A DNA stretch of 17,212 nt from Deinococcaceae bacterium. GTDB lineage: Bacteria; Deinococcota; Deinococci; Deinococcales; Trueperaceae. This document shows, in pieces, positions 16,992 to 17,212 of the stretch; position 1 is the first letter of the stretch, and every line of letters begins with the position of its first letter. Below the pieces are notes generated by a model. That model was given only the letters and a program-made list of their open reading frames with translations. It was not told where the DNA came from and ran no database searches. Where the stretch lies: NCBI GenBank assembly GCA_040256005.1, contig JBDZWC010000050.1:1923-19134 (forward strand), given 5' to 3'. Made by a program: the position numbers and the translations under genes.

Positions 16992-17025
16992 GTGACCACG
17001 AAGTGGTCAGGATGTGGTCAGCTTA
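16992..17025. promoter_or_regulatory. Operator-like array of three 8-bp boxes at 11-bp period (right array) overlapping the -10 of the Phd-like gene
   Basis: GTGACCAC 16992-16999, GTGGTCAG 17003-17010 and GTGGTCAG 17014-17021. Minus-strand TAAGCT (17025-17020) overlaps the outer box. Confidence 0.8.
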
Positions 17026-17056
17026 CCACCCGTGGCGCCGCGTATACTCACCTGCC

Positions 17057-17212
17057 ATGCCTCTGTCGGACAGCGAGCTGCGCGTGCTCGGCGCTCTGAT
17101 CGAGAAGGAGCGCACCACCCCTGACGGTTACCCACTCTCCAGCCAAGCGCTCGTCACCGCCTGCAATCAACGTACGAACCGCGAACCCGTCACCGACTAC
17201 CACCTCCAGGAC
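17057..17212 (+). CDS. YceH/DUF480 family protein (runs off the window)
   Basis: Hand translation [52 protein letters not shown] matches the DUF480 N-terminus (RVLGxLxEK..TTPxxYPLS..L..ACNQ..NRxPV). TATACT at 17043-17048. Confidence 0.88.
   Translation, partial: MPLSDSELRVLGALIEKERTTPDGYPLSSQALVTACNQRTNREPVTDYHLQD

Noticed and set aside
16967..16999. Longer 87-aa start (16999) for the Phd-like gene
   Set aside because: That GTG lies inside an operator box and has no RBS. AGGAGGT precedes GTG 16966, where the domain begins.
16685..17021. Repeat arrays as a mini-CRISPR or IS terminal inverted repeats
   Set aside because: Units are 8 bp with 3-nt gaps, far too short for CRISPR. No cas or transposase gene and no clear target-site duplication are visible.

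Overview
High-GC bacterial chromosomal window, probably Deinococcota/Trueperaceae-like (inferred from the yojF-bshB2 pair and many apparently leaderless TANNNT-start genes). It has 18 supported CDSs. From left to right: a DUF6384-like protein (partial) and a TelA-like coiled-coil protein; an MBL-fold hydrolase divergent from a 964-aa STAND-type ATPase-TPR protein; a NarL/LiaRS-type two-component system flanked by two paralogous membrane proteins; yojF-bshB2 (bacillithiol); an M24 peptidase-PfkB kinase-flavodoxin-fold oxidoreductase-MFS run; TraX-like and CopD-like membrane proteins; a toxin-less Phd/YefM-like gene; and the start of a YceH/DUF480 gene. The most unusual element is the solo Phd-like gene. 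It is bracketed on both sides by mirror-image arrays of three GTGnnCA(C/G) boxes at exact 11-bp period. No rRNA, tRNA, CRISPR array or transposase was seen. All family calls come from motif recognition, not database searches.
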